Shown in pieces: positions 37,711-50,083 of a stretch of 64,000 nucleotides of DNA. Source of the stretch: Stegostoma tigrinum. Its lineage: Eukaryota. Position 1 is the first letter of the stretch. Each line of letters opens with the position of its first letter. The DNA is taken from contig NC_081366.1 of assembly GCF_030684315.1 (NCBI RefSeq), positions 76,911,723 to 76,975,722 of the forward strand, read 5' to 3'. Made by a program: the position numbers and the translations under genes. Under the pieces are notes generated by a model. It was given only the letters and a program-made list of their open reading frames with translations, was not told the DNA's origin and searched no databases.

Positions 37711-39984
37711 ATCCTTCCTTTTCTAACAAACTGGTTCCTGCCCTTACTTTTACCCACATGGCAGTAGTACTGGGTGGTCCTTGCAGAATCGTGGAATTGG
37801 ATCCAGTTCCCTCAGAGCTAACTCTCAGAATGAAACAGAACCTCTGACACTCATGTAAGTATCTGCCAGCCTGGGCTCCCTGACTGGGCCAGATTAACAG
37901 ACCCAGTCAAGGAGCCATAGCCTATGAGGCCCACTTAGCTGACCTCATCACCAACACGACAACTATGGGCAAAGGAAGATCCCACAGATAATAGTGAGCT
38001 AATGACCAGATTCTCTGATATTGCTTAAGAATGAATAGTGCATGGGGCGATGCTTAGAATTTTCCTGCTCGTGTTCAAATGTGTCATGGATTGTGTTTTA
38101 GATCCACTGGAGGGACGGTTTTAATGTCTTATTGAGACAGTATCACTGACAGCGCAACACACCATTAACACCGCCTGATTGTGTCAATCTAGATTGTGTT
38201 CAAGGCTCTGCAGGGACAGAGACAGACAGACAGTGAGAGAGATAAAGGAATATGGTCAGGTAAATCCTGGAAGAAAGTTTCCATTGGTCTGTAGGATGTT
38301 AATAAGAGGGCAAAGCATCAAACAAACACCAATAAAAAAGGATTAGAGAAGGTTATACCCATGTAGAGTGGTTAGAATATTGGGCAATTTCTAGTACAAA
38401 TCTTGGTTGAAACTTGAGTGAACCTTCAAATTGGGAACCAAAACTGGACTTGCTGGGAAAGCTCAGCAGGTCTGGCAGTATCTGTGAAGTTAAAAAAAAA
38501 CAGAATTAATGTTTCCTTAGAATTGGGGAACTGCTTGAAAACAGCACAAGGCAGGGGTGTGAGCAGAAACTGGAATTAGGCTGATATACTTCTTTTAAAG
38601 CAGGGTTCTAAAGCAGGCCAGTTTTACACAACATAGAACACTACAGCGCAGTTCAGGCCCTCGAAGTTGCGCCGACCTGCGAAACCAAACTGAAGCCCAT
38701 CTAACCTACACTATTCTGTTATCATCCATATGTTTATCCAATGACCATTTAAATGCCCTTAAAGTTGGTGAGTCTACTACTGTTGCAGGCAGGGCATTCC
38801 ACGCCCTCACTACTCTCTGAGTAAGGTGAGGGGGGAAAAATTTAAAAGGGACCTGAGGGCTAACTTTTTCACACAGAGGGTGGTGTGTGTATGGAATGAG
38901 CTGTCAGAGGAAGTGGTGGATGCTGGTAAAATTACATTTAAATGACATCTGGATGGGCTCATGAATAGGAAGAGTTTAAAGGGATATGGGCCAAATGCTG
39001 GCAAATGGGACTAGATTAATTTAGGATATCTGGTCGACATGGACAAGTTGGACCGAAGGGTCTGTTCCATGCTGTACAGCTCTAGGACTCTATAACTGGT
39101 AATCAGGACAGGTCGCTCTAAGAACAGCTACATTTCAGCTTAATGGCATGATTCTGAGCTGATGATACAATCAAGTGTGCTGTTTGACAAATGTGGTGTT
39201 GGAGAAGATGAGCCCTTTAATTTTCTTTATACAAATATGATATACAAACTTAATAAGCTATAAAACATCCTTTACAGCCAGCAGCATTCGAAAAATTCTG
39301 TCCCCAGAAACTGTGCTACTGCAAAATGAAAAGAGCTTCTGTCTTCAACACCCTGGTGACTGCCTTTGGCATTCTGCACCATTAATTGGTATTTAAACAC
39401 TTACTAAACTTCTATTTAAATGCAACTACAATATTCCTTATTCCTACCCAGCCACACTTCTGAAAGGACTGGACATGAGAGGTGGTGGGGCAATATTTAC
39501 CCCCTTCCCCCTTCAACCAACGCTGGAGAGTTGATTCTTTTCAACATGAAGAGGCTATTCCTTGGAATTTCAGTGATCATTCCGAGATCAGGCTTCATTT
39601 TTCAGTCTGTGGAGAAATCTTTTGATGTTTCAATGGCTTTAGATAGGAAATAAAACCCTCAACATGAGATTTAGTTGGTTTAACAGGTCATCACTTTATT
39701 GTAAAATTGTTCTCAAAACGCAATGAATACATGAAAAAAGCCAGCATTTCAGTATCATGAGTTTCAGAGGGAAGTGATCTCTGGTTCTTATATCCAATGT
39801 GATGATTAGAAAACTGGATGATGGGAATCCAGCAACAATCTGAGTTCCCTTAATGTAATGCAAAGTTCAACCCATCAATACATGAGCGTATTTTTCACAA
39901 TAAACTAGCATATCAAACAGATTGTGCATGGTTTCATGAAGGCGAAATCATCTCTGATGCATTTACAAGGATAGCTAAAGGTCA

Positions 39985-40310
39985 TGGAATTCTGACAGTG
40001 TGGAAGTAGGCCATTGGGCCCATCAAGTTCACACTACCCTCTGAAGGACATCCCACTCAGACCCGCACCCCTACCCGATCTCTGCATTTCCCACTGCTAA
40101 TCCACATGTTCCTGAACGCTGTGGGAAATTTAACCTGGCTGATCCGACTACCTTGCACATCTTTGGACTGTGGGAGAGCACCCAGAGGAAATCATGCAAA
40201 CACGGAGAGAATGTGCAAACTCCACACAGACAGTCGCCCAAGGGTGGGATTGAACCTGGGTCCCTGCTGCAGTAAAGCAGCAGTTCTAACCACTTTGCCA
40301 CTGTGCCATT
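39985..40310 (-). mobile_element. V-SINE (HE1-like)
   Basis: Consensus SINE body on the - strand. Confidence 0.75.
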
Positions 40311-40948
40311 CTTCATAGTTCTGAGGAAGGGTCACTTGAGCTGAAACATTAACTCTGATTTCTCTCCACCGATACCACCAGATGTACTGAACTTTTCCAT
40401 GAAATTCTGTTTTTGTCTCTGATTTACAGCATCTATAGTTCTTTTGGTTTTTAGATATAGGGGAAGCAGTGGATGTAATGTATTTAGATTTCAGAAGGTG
40501 TTTGTTACAGTACCACGCATTAAGCTACTTAATAAGACAGAAGCCTATAGTGTTGTAGGTAACACATTAACATGGACAGAGGATTGACTAATCAAAGGGT
40601 TGGGTTAAGAGAGACACTTTCAGTATAGCAACCTGTAGCTATTGGAGTGCCACAGGGATTAGTGCTGGGGTGACAAGTATTTACAATATATATGAATGAT
40701 TCAGATGGCGAAAGTGAATGTACAAAATTTGCAGATGGCACAAAAATAGTTGGGAAGGCCAACAGCCAGGATGCAGAGGGATATGGACAAGCTAAGCAGG
40801 TGGTCCAAACCATGGCATATATAATATCAGGTGAGGAAATGTGAGGTGTTGCACTTTGGCAGGAAGGAAGAGTAACTGAAATTTTTTAAATGGAGAAAGA
40901 CTGCAGAAAGCCACAGAACAGAGGCATTTGGGAGACTCACCTACACAT

Positions 40949-40967
40949 TTTATTATTTAAATTTATT
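40949..40967 (-). terminator. Candidate polyadenylation signals of the Ig-like gene
   Basis: Two tttatt (AATAAA on the - strand) about 140-155 nt after the candidate stop at 41104. Confidence 0.35.
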
Positions 40968-41103
40968 TAAAAGACTAAACCAAGAAATGATGTAAGCATA
41001 ATCAGAGCTGTCATTTTTTCTTTAAAGTTCCCTATAATTGGGTGTACATATTTTCTCTTCCAATGTGTAAGAGAGTAATAGGCAGCCAGGAATTCCAACA
41101 GAG

Positions 41104-41169
41104 TCATACACTGTACACTGGATCATCGGATTCTGAAGGTTTAATGCAGTGCCTCCAAAATGCTTCTTT
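41104..41169 (-). CDS. Candidate terminal cytoplasmic exon with C-terminal tyrosine motif
   Basis: tttactctgcttttggcag|AAA GAA GCA...GTG TAC AGT GTA TGA encodes KEAFWRHCIKPSESDDPVYSV*. An in-frame upstream acceptor lies 66 nt earlier. Two AATAAA hexamers lie downstream (40962-40967, 40949-40954). Confidence 0.45.
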   Translation of the reverse strand, partial: KEAFWRHCIKPSESDDPVYSV

Positions 41170-42977
41170 CTGCCAAAAGCAGAGTAAATAAATTTTGGGA
41201 ACTGCCTGTCTATTGGATTCTGAGCCAGCAATTGGCTTCAGTTACAAAACACAATGGGAGTGTGACAAAAGGAATTCTCAGTTTGATTGTAGTTAGCATC
41301 ACGGAATTGTACAGCTCATGAGGCCATTCAGCCCACAGTGTCTGTTAGCTTTTTAAGGAACCTAAATAACCCAATCACCCTGTGTTTTCCCAAGAGCATT
41401 GAAAATTCATTGTTTTTCAATGACATATCCCGATTCCACTTTGCAAGTTTTCTTTTAAAGTTAACTTCATCATGCTTTCAGACACAGTAATACAGATAAT
41501 TCACAAAATAACATCTCCTTATGCTCCTGAATATTTTGCCAATTATATTAAATCTGGCATCTCTGGTTTCTGACCGTTCTGGTCAGTGAGAATAGCATCA
41601 CTCCTGCATCTCGGCTAAAACTTCTCAGTAAGGATTCATTACACTGTCTAAGGGCTGAGAAAAAAGTATAGGCTCACATTCGACAGAAGCTCTCATCCCC
41701 TCAGCCACTGAAACAATGTAGCCACTGTTGCAATGAAGGAAATGTGGCCTTCAATTTATGCACAGTGAGATCCAACAAACAGCAATGTGACTGCAATCAG
41801 ATAATCTGATTTTTGTTGTGTGTGATGCTGATCGAGGGATATCAGGAATAATTCCCCTGCCCTTCTTTACAATAGTGCTTTGGGATTTTTTATGCTCAGC
41901 TGCAAGGGTAAATGAGGTCTTCTGATAAGTCTCTCAAACGAAAGGTAACACTTCAGACAATGTAGCTCTCTCAGTACAGTGATGGCATGTCAGTCTTAAT
42001 TCCTGAACTGAAATCCTGGGGTGGAATTTGGGAACACAATCTTCTGCCTCAGAAACCAGAGTGTGACTGACTGACAGCTAATACACATCTAAGCATTACT
42101 GCTGATAGCGAAGAGTCCGAAAAATCCTATAGTTTGATGCAAATTTAACATCTCGCTGCAATCTGTAAGCATAGCTCCTATACAGGTTTCCAGTGACAGA
42201 GGTAGATTCCTGTCTGAAGTTCAAGCTCAGTGTCTTCCTGAAATTTAAAAAGAATAAAATATAAAAGAAAAGAAGCATAATTAGGCCACTCAAGTCTGTT
42301 CTAACATTTAACAAGGTCCTGGCTGATCTGATCTTGGTCTCAACTCTACTTTCCAATAAGAACTGACTCCCCAATAACTCTGTGTCCCTCAGTGCTGATT
42401 CTGTTCCACGCTTCATTCTCCACTGAGATGCTGTGAAAGTCGTGGCCCTCTGAGAGAAGGGTCTCCTTCCTAATCTTCACCTTCAATGGGCAACCCCTGA
42501 TTCTGATACCATGACAGACCCCCACCTCCCGCGCCCCCCACCCCCCCATCACCCTGTCTTTCTAGACTCTTCCCGCAAATACCAGCGGACTCCAATTGGC
42601 ATAGACCAAATCTTCTCAGCCTTTCCTCACAATGCTACCCTTCATCCCCGGAAACAACCAAATGGGCTTCAGTAAACCACATCCAATATCCTCCCTGCAT
42701 TTAAATAAAGAAACCAAAGCTGTACCAGTAGTCTAGGTGAAGTCACATCAATTACCTGCAGCATCGGAGAAAGGCTTCCTTAAGGTTAGGCACCACCTTC
42801 CTCGCAATAAAGACCAACGTGCTTCCTAACCATTTGTTGTGTCTAAACAATGGCTTTTTGTCAATTGTGTACCAGGTCTCCCAGATCCTTCTGTTCTGCA
42901 GCAATATGCAGTCTCTACCCATTTATGTCATACCCTGCTTTTTGTGTCAAAATGAATAACCTCATATTTTCACTCAT

Positions 42978-43265
42978 TACAGAATCCTTACAGTGTGGAA
43001 GTAAGCTATTCAGCCCATCAAGTCCATACCGACCCCCTGAAGAGCATCCCGTTCTATCCCCAAAACCCTGCATTTCCCATGGCCAACCCACTCTAATCTT
43101 CACGTCTTTGGACTGTGGGAGGAAACTGGAGCACCCGGGGGAAACCCACGCAGACACAGGGAGAATGTGCAAACTCCACACAGACAGTCGTCCGGGGGTG
43201 GAATTGAACTCAGGCTCCTGGTGCTGTGAGGCAGAAATGCTAACCACTGAGCCACCGTGCCGCCC
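42978..43265 (-). mobile_element. V-SINE (HE1-like) nested in a CR1 fragment
   Basis: ggactgtgggaggaaactggagcacccgggggaaacc...taaccactgagccaccgtgccgccc. Confidence 0.8.
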
Positions 43266-43797
43266 CAAATTAGAGTCCATCAGCCATTTTTTGCCCCCTC
43301 ACTTTATCTAAATCCTTTTGCATCCTCCTCGCAATTTCCTTTCCCATTTACTTTTACTCACAAGTAACTGTGGTGCATTACTGTCAGTCTCTACATCGTT
43401 CTCACTAATGTACATCATAACCAGTTGCAACCCCAGCACTGATCTTTGCAGCAATGCATTGATTACAGTTTGCCAGTCTAAGTATGAACCATCTGACCTG
43501 ACTGTCCGTTTTCTAGTAGTTAACCAATTCTGTTTCCATGCTGATACATTTTCCCCAACACACCTTGCGCAATATCCTTTTATGTACGACCTTACGGTGT
43601 GCCTTTTGGAAATCTAATTACGCTACATCTATGGGGTGCTCATTATCCACTCTGCTTGTTACATCCTCAAAGTATTCTAACACATTTGTAAAACCTGATT
43701 TTTTCTTTTCATTAAACCACAAAGGCAGGGCTTGATTGTATAGCGATTTTCTAAGTCAGAAGTCACCAGGTTGTCGTCCAACAGGTTTATTTGAAAT

Positions 43798-43832
43798 CAC
43801 AAGCTTTCGGAGCGCTGCTCCTTCGTCAGGTG
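43798..43832 (-). ncRNA. Hammerhead-like motif of a second Penelope family
   Basis: Reverse complement cacCTGACGA-aggagcagcgctcc-GAAAgctt, with stem II GGAGC/GCUCC and a palindromic AAGCUU. Confidence 0.5.
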
Positions 43833-44253
43833 AAGTCCTTAATGAGAATTTCAGCATTTTTTCCAATGATGGATGTGAGGCTAAGTTGCCTTGGTTCCCT
43901 GCTTTTTGCAATACAACTGTTGTGTTACAGTTTTCCAACACACTGAGGCCTTCCCAGAATCCAGGGAATTTTGAAAGATTATAACTAATGCATCTGCTTT
44001 CCCTCAGCAATTTTTTTTTAAGAGTTCAGGGAGCACATCTCCAAGTCCAAGGACTGTGTCAGGCTTTATTCCCCTGATTTTGCCAAGTGCATAACTGCTT
44101 ATGATAATGAGTTATTTTATTTTTCTCTCCCACCTTAGCCATTCTATTAGTTCTCCAGTTTCAGGAAATCACCTACTGTCCTTGAATGGAACACAGAGCA
44201 CATTGCCTGGCCACTGACTGGCTCCGCTTCGGAAGATCGTGGCTCTAACTTAC

Positions 44254-44282
44254 ACTTGGAGTGTTGGAACCCAGATTCGATC
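44254..44282 (-). CDS. Candidate cytoplasmic micro-exon
   Basis: ttttggttttgtggtcag|GA TCG AAT CTG GGT TCC AAC ACT CCA AGT|gtaagt. Phase 1->0 bridges the TM exon to the phase-0 terminal exon. It partly resembles SINE sequence, so it is uncertain. Confidence 0.35.
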
Positions 44283-44437
44283 CTGACCACAAAACCAAAA
44301 TTTAACCACGGGATCAGAATTTCTTCTGTTATATTCTGCAGTTGCCAATCCCAGAATTTACATCAGCATAATGGCACCCAAAGGATTAAACATGAAAACA
44401 GTGGGATCTGTATTAAACTGTTTAAACAGTTTTAACC

Positions 44438-44840
44438 AGGGTGACATGATGGTTACCACTACTACCTTACAGTGCCAGGGACCTGGGTTCGAATCCAGCC
44501 TCAGGCAACTGGTCATGTGGAGTTTGTGTGTTCTTCCCCTGTGTCTACGTGGGTTTCCTCTGGGTGCCCCGGTTTCCTCCCTCAGTCCAAGGATGTACAG
44601 GTTAGGGTGGATTGGCCATGGGAAATTGCCTGTAGTGTCCAGGAATGTGCGGTCTAGGTGGATTAGCTGTGGGAAATGCAGGGTCACAGGGATGTGGCTG
44701 GGGGGATTTCTGGGTGGGATAGTAGGAGGCCTTCGAGCCTACTCCATCATGGCTGATCATCCAACTCAATAGCTTAATCGAGGCTGGTGTGGGCTTAATA
44801 GGCCAAATGGCCTGTTTCCACACTGCTCTATGGTTCTATT
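44438..44840 (+). mobile_element. V-SINE (HE1-like)
   Basis: gggacctgggttcgaatcc...gtggagtttg...ggattggccatg. Confidence 0.75.
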
Positions 44841-45111
44841 CTACAAACTCACTTGCTGATTGTCCAACTATGCGCTATGGTTTGTACAGAACGGGCCCCA
44901 TTTTCTATTCATCGATCTACGTGGAAGGAAAAACTTAATGAGTTCTACTGCAGACGCATTGCTCTCCACTCCTAATTTTCAACTCAGTGCTTAGTCCAAC
45001 TGGGGTTTCACATCCCGGGAATAAAACCACTTACACTGATGGGCATTATTCAAAGGGAAAGTCCCAGAGACATGTTTATTGTTTGAGAGGGAAGGGAAGC
45101 AAAATTCTTAC

Positions 45112-45246
45112 CAGCCCCAGTGTGGGAGGAAGAAGTGGCTTTCTTGTAGATGAGGGTAACAGCGAGAATAGCTAAAATCAGAGACCCCACGGCCGCAAGA
45201 ATCCACAACAAAACCGATGCCACCGCTGGGACTCCACTGGATTTCA
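45112..45246 (-). CDS. Transmembrane exon of the Ig-like gene
   Basis: tttgtctgtaattag|TG AAA...GCT G|gtaaga, 135 bp, phase 1/1, in frame with C exon 2. Encodes (V)KSSGVPAVASVLLWILAAVGSLILAILAVTLIYKKATSSSHTGA: a hydrophobic span followed by a KK stop-transfer. Confidence 0.8.
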
Positions 45247-47584
45247 CTAATTACAGACAAAGGAGACAGTGGATCATTAGTGAATCATGACAGAGGAATG
45301 AGGAGTAGTGCAGAGATCTTTCATGATGGCAAAAGGCTGGTGTGGTGCAGAATGGTGCCTTATCAGATGCCCTTCCTGTCAGCCAGTACCACCAAGAAAG
45401 ACATGCGATAGCTCCCGTTCTGTTTGCCCGCCTCGTTTTGGTCACTCTTACATCTCCGTTCCTCACGTTCTCGGTTCAGGACGGATGGCAACTTCTTCCA
45501 TCTGCAAAGGTTCAAGGCACTTACAAAGATCACTGAGCAGATAGAACGCAGAACAGTACAGCACAAGAACGGACTCTTCAGCCCACGATGTGGTGCCGAA
45601 CACGACGCCGAATTAAACTAATCCCTCCTGCCTGTCCGCGGTTCATATCCCTTCATTTCTTGCATATCCATGTGGTTATCTAAAAGCCCCTTAAATGCCC
45701 CTATTGTATCTGCCTCCACCAATCCCCGGCAGCGCTTTCCAGACTCTCTGTGTAAAAAACCCATCCCTCACATCTCTTTGGACCTTTCCTCCTCTCACCT
45801 CAAATGCATGCCCCCTAAATGTGGACATTTCAACTCCAGGAAGGACATTCTGACTGTCAACCCTATCTCTGCCTCTCATAGTTTTGTAATTTTGTCAACT
45901 TCTATCAGGTGCAACGTGAACTCCTGTGTTCCTGTGAGTAATCACACATAGTGGATAGCACAATCCAGAAGAAACCAGATTCTTATTAACAACTACACCC
46001 GAGCCTCAGAACCCCAATCGGCTCATAACTCTTCTGAAAAAGACAAATACTTTGTGCCAACCCACCTCTGGCCACTATATCACTATAACCAACAACACAC
46101 CCTCAATTCAGTTCAGAAGGCCTGCAAATGTTGTAACATTCTCTCCAGTGAATCGCTTTCAATGAGACAAACAATTAGCCAGACTCACCTACAGCTTTTT
46201 GAGACATTAACATCCTCTAGGTAATGATTCTCACATCACTTGGGAGGTGGGATAATCTACCCGAATTGCACAACACAATTTACTCAGTAGTCACACGACA
46301 CCAGGCATCGTCTGACAGATTTATTTGAAATCACAAGCTTTCGGAGCATCACATGATGAAGTTGTGCAGCTTCTAATTTTGTCCACCCCAGTCCTACAGC
46401 GGCACTTCCATATCAAAGCTATTTATTGTCTGAGGTCTCCCTGCAAGTGGAAGGACAAAATCCCCAACAACAAAGCTTCAAATGTCTTACATCCAGAGCC
46501 TATTCATCAGAGCTCAGTTTCAGACCTTCACTGTGGGGTTTGTGAAATAAAACACATCTTTCTGCGACTCTGCCTATGTTCTGAAGGTGACAGCTGTAAA
46601 GAATGGGTTTGGTGAAAATTGCAAACGATGTTCTAATTGTTACATTCAACAGTTACTATATTTGATCCTGCCTAGGATCAAGGTCTTGTTGCAATATTTT
46701 CAATTGATCGTTTGACACAGTTCGAGGGTCATCGAGCAGTCAGTTTCAGTTGTTTGGTCAGAGGAGATCAAAGACTTCTACCTTCAGCCTGTTTATCTGT
46801 CAGTTTCTCACCAAGCTGGGAAAGGGGTTCCATGTTAAAAAGGTGATGCTATGGCGCATTCCAGCAGTAAGGGCTCCAGGGGGCCAATAAGCAGAGCTAA
46901 TATTTGGAGTTAGATCTCAGGAGGAGAGATCCTGGCTGCTATCCAGAACAGTTGGGACTCAGAACAACCTGGGGACCATTGATAATTCAGCGTAGCTGAG
47001 AGTTAGGATGAAGGCAGTAGAAAAACAGGTCAAGCTTGATACAGTTGAGAATGATTAGAGCTCAGATAAACAAAGAGTTGTTTCAGCTTAGTCAATGTAA
47101 CTTGTCTGCAAAAGAGTTAGAATTGTACTCACGAGCAGGTTCCAGAGTGTGACCTTGAGAGCCTGGTGAAATGTGAGAGAAGGGACTGAATGGTTCGGAC
47201 ATCAGGAGCTGTCCAGGCAGTATCTGACAGGGTAATTTTAGCAAGAGCTTCAGAGTTAGGACCTCCAATGTTAAGAATTGAAACCATTTGTGAAGGAAAC
47301 AAGTTTTTAATGGGATTCTATGGAGATCTATGCTTGTACTAACATCTGATAGTGCAGTGGAAAGCAACTGCTGAGAAATCCTGTTGCCATCTTGATTGTT
47401 GCCATGACAACATTGGCTACTTGATGTGGTCTTTGGGATATTTAACAGGTGTTTGTCTGTATACACATAGTTACCTCACGTTAAATCTAGATTGTAGACT
47501 ATAAGGTAAATATCTATGTACAGTTTTAGTGTCATAACTTAGACAGTAAAGTTTTATTTCATTTGTTCAAGGTTGTGGAATTTA

Positions 47585-47890
47585 GGGCGGCACAGTGGCT
47601 CAGTGGTTAGCAGTGCTGCTTCACAGCACCAGGGACCTGGATTCAGTTCTACTCTCAGGTAACTGTCCGTGTGGAGTTTACACATTCTCCCCGTGTCAGC
47701 GTGGATTTCCTTCCGGAGCTCTGGTTTCCTTCCACTGTCCAGCAATGTGCAGGTTAGGATGGATTAGTCATGGTAACTAAGGGGTTACAAGGGATAGTGC
47801 AGGGAGTGAGTCTGGTTGGGATGCTCATCGGAGGGTTGGTATGGGCTCGATGGGCCGAATGGCCTGCCTCCACACTGTGGGGATTCTCTG
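47585..47890 (+). mobile_element. V-SINE (HE1-like)
   Basis: gggcggcacagtggctcagtggttagcagtgctgc... Confidence 0.8.
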
Positions 47891-48309
47891 ATGATACCCG
47901 TCTGTGATCTCAAACTTTGTCCTTGGTGCTGTGAGGCTGCAGTGCTATTCACTGAACAAATGCGCCACCCCAAATTACAGTTTTGAACTCACATCATGGA
48001 ACATTGCAGACTTACATACAAACCTACTCTGAAAGCCAACCTCAGAGCATGTAAATTGGGGAAAATAAGCAGTCACAGGAAGAAGTCACCATCGGTAAGC
48101 AAACTCAACATGTGGGTTTTGTACAATGCTGGGGTCTTCACCTTCCCTTCCGACAGTGATTTCAGTCATAACATTGTTTTTCAATCAGACCTCAAAACCA
48201 AACATAGTTTAACATCACTTGTGAGTTCACACTAATCAAGACAGTGAATAATCATTGCTGAAGAACTGGGAGAATCTGCAATGGAATATGTGTTTCTTAT
48301 TTAGAAAAA

Positions 48310-49090
48310 AAGGAATACAGGCATGAACTATTTTCTAAACAGTGAGAAAATTCATAAAGCCGAAGTACAAAGGGATCTGGGAGTGCTGGACCAGGATTCT
48401 CTAAAAGTTAACTTGCAGGTTGAGTCCATGATTAAGAAAGCGAATGTAATGTTGCCGCTTATCTCAATAGGGTTTGGAATATAAAAGCAGTGATGTGCTT
48501 CTGAGACTTTATAAAGCTCTCGTTAGGCCCCATTTAGAATACTGTGTCCAATTTTGGGCCCCACACCTCAGAAAGGACATACTAGCCCTGGAGCGTGTCC
48601 AGCGGAGATTCACACGGATGATCCCTGGAATGGTAGGTTTAACGTATGATGAATGGCTAAGGATCCTGGGATTGTATTCATTGGAGTTTAGAAGGTTGAG
48701 GGGAGATCTAATAGAAACTTACAAGATAATGTATGGCTTAGAAAGGATGGACGCTGGGAAGTTGTTTCCATTAGGCGGGGAGACTAGGATCCATGGACAC
48801 AGCCTTAGAATTAGAGGGGGTCAATTTAAAACGGAAATGAGGAGACATTTTCTCAGCCAGAGAGTGGTGGGCCTGTGGAATTCATTGCCACAGAATGCAG
48901 TGGAGGCCGGGACGTTAAATGTCTTCAAGGCAGAGATTGTTAAATTCTTGATCTCGCAAGGAATTAAGGGCTACGGGGAGAGTGCGGGTAAGTGGAGTTG
49001 AAATGCCCATAAGCCATGATTTAAATGGCAGAGTGGACATGATGGGCTGAATGGCCTCACTTCCACTCCTATGTCTTATGGTTTTATGGC
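48310..49090 (+). mobile_element. CR1 LINE 3' fragment (ORF 48474-49001 is the RT C-terminus)
   Basis: Encodes LYKALVRPHLEYCVQFWAP...LERVQRRFTRMIPG...LRGDLIETYKIM...WNSLP. Confidence 0.9.
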
Positions 49091-49747
49091 CTTAAATAAG
49101 TTTTTCTTTGGTTGGCGTGCTGCTTTTGCAACTTAACCTCATTGTGAGCAATCAATCAATGCTGGAAATCTACAGTGTTCACAATAAGGAAGCAGATTTC
49201 CTCCACTTTGCACAATTGTGAATCCAGAGCTGATCCATTAGCACCGCATCTCTGCACATCACAATTCACTTGTAAACGCTTCTCTGTGTAAATGAATGCA
49301 ATTCAAACCAAAGATTACCATGGATGTTCTGCTGTGCAGCTCGTTTTCACATTTAACATTCCACACCTCAGAAAAATGCCACCTCTGAAACCGTGGGTCT
49401 CCCCATGTGGTCAGAATGTTCTTCAGGATAGTGTGAAGAGGCTACAGACGAACACTGTGTAAGCCCTCACAAACATTAACTAATGTGTACCCACTTGCAT
49501 ACCACACAACAACCCCAGCAACCCACCCACACCTCAAAGGCACCCAACTGACAGCCCCACCATAGATGAGAAAAAAACAACTCCCTTCCACAAAACCACA
49601 TCTGACCCAGACTCATGGAGCTCAATTCCACACGTACGCTCTTCCACACTCCCCACGTACACCCCTGCAAGCACCCATCCACATGCACCATGCATACCAC
49701 ATGCACTGAGCCCTCAGCACTTCCAAAGCACCTCCACACCAGCTCAC

Positions 49748-50083
49748 CAGTGTAGACGTCGTGCAGATCCTTGGTGACAGCTCTCTGCAGCGCCTGTCCC
49801 AGGGACACATGTTTCACTTCACACCAGTAGGTGCGGTTACTCTCCCACTCTGCTGTCAGCACGGTCAACTGGGTCACTGTTCGGTAAGTGCTGGCACTGC
49901 CCAAAGCTACCGCAAACTGGGTCACTCCCGTATCCACTGGGCCATTCTCATCTCTCCAAGTCACAGAAATATCGGCAGGGTAAAAATCTGACACCAAACA
50001 AGTCATGGTAACATTTTGTCCTGCAGAGGCAGCGTCAGACAGAGGAGCGATCAGGTGGATCACAGGCTTCTGAATGAAACCAT
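49748..50083 (-). CDS. Ig C1-set constant domain exon 2
   Basis: ctttgctgtag|AT GGT...ACT G|gtgagc, 336 bp, phase 1/1. Encodes KPVIHLIAP...VTMTCLVSDFYPADISVTW...TYRTVTQLTV...WESNRTYWCEVKHVSL. Confidence 0.92.

Noticed and set aside
37050-37759. Pro/Gly-rich ORFs of 140-235 aa
   Set aside because: Translation of the G-rich minisatellite.
46189-46216. Possible hinge micro-exon (EDVNVSKSC) between C2 and TM with a good gtgagt donor
   Set aside because: It is 28 bp, phase 1->2, incompatible with the phase-1 TM exon, and has a weak polypyrimidine tract. C2 splices in frame directly to the TM.
48474-49001. 175-aa ORF as a host gene
   Set aside because: It is the C-terminus of CR1 ORF2 in a truncated copy.
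49476-49747. ORF read-through after C exon 2 as a secretory tailpiece
   Set aside because: About 90 codons of low-complexity GT-rich intron sequence with no resemblance to an Ig tailpiece; a strong donor lies at 49747.
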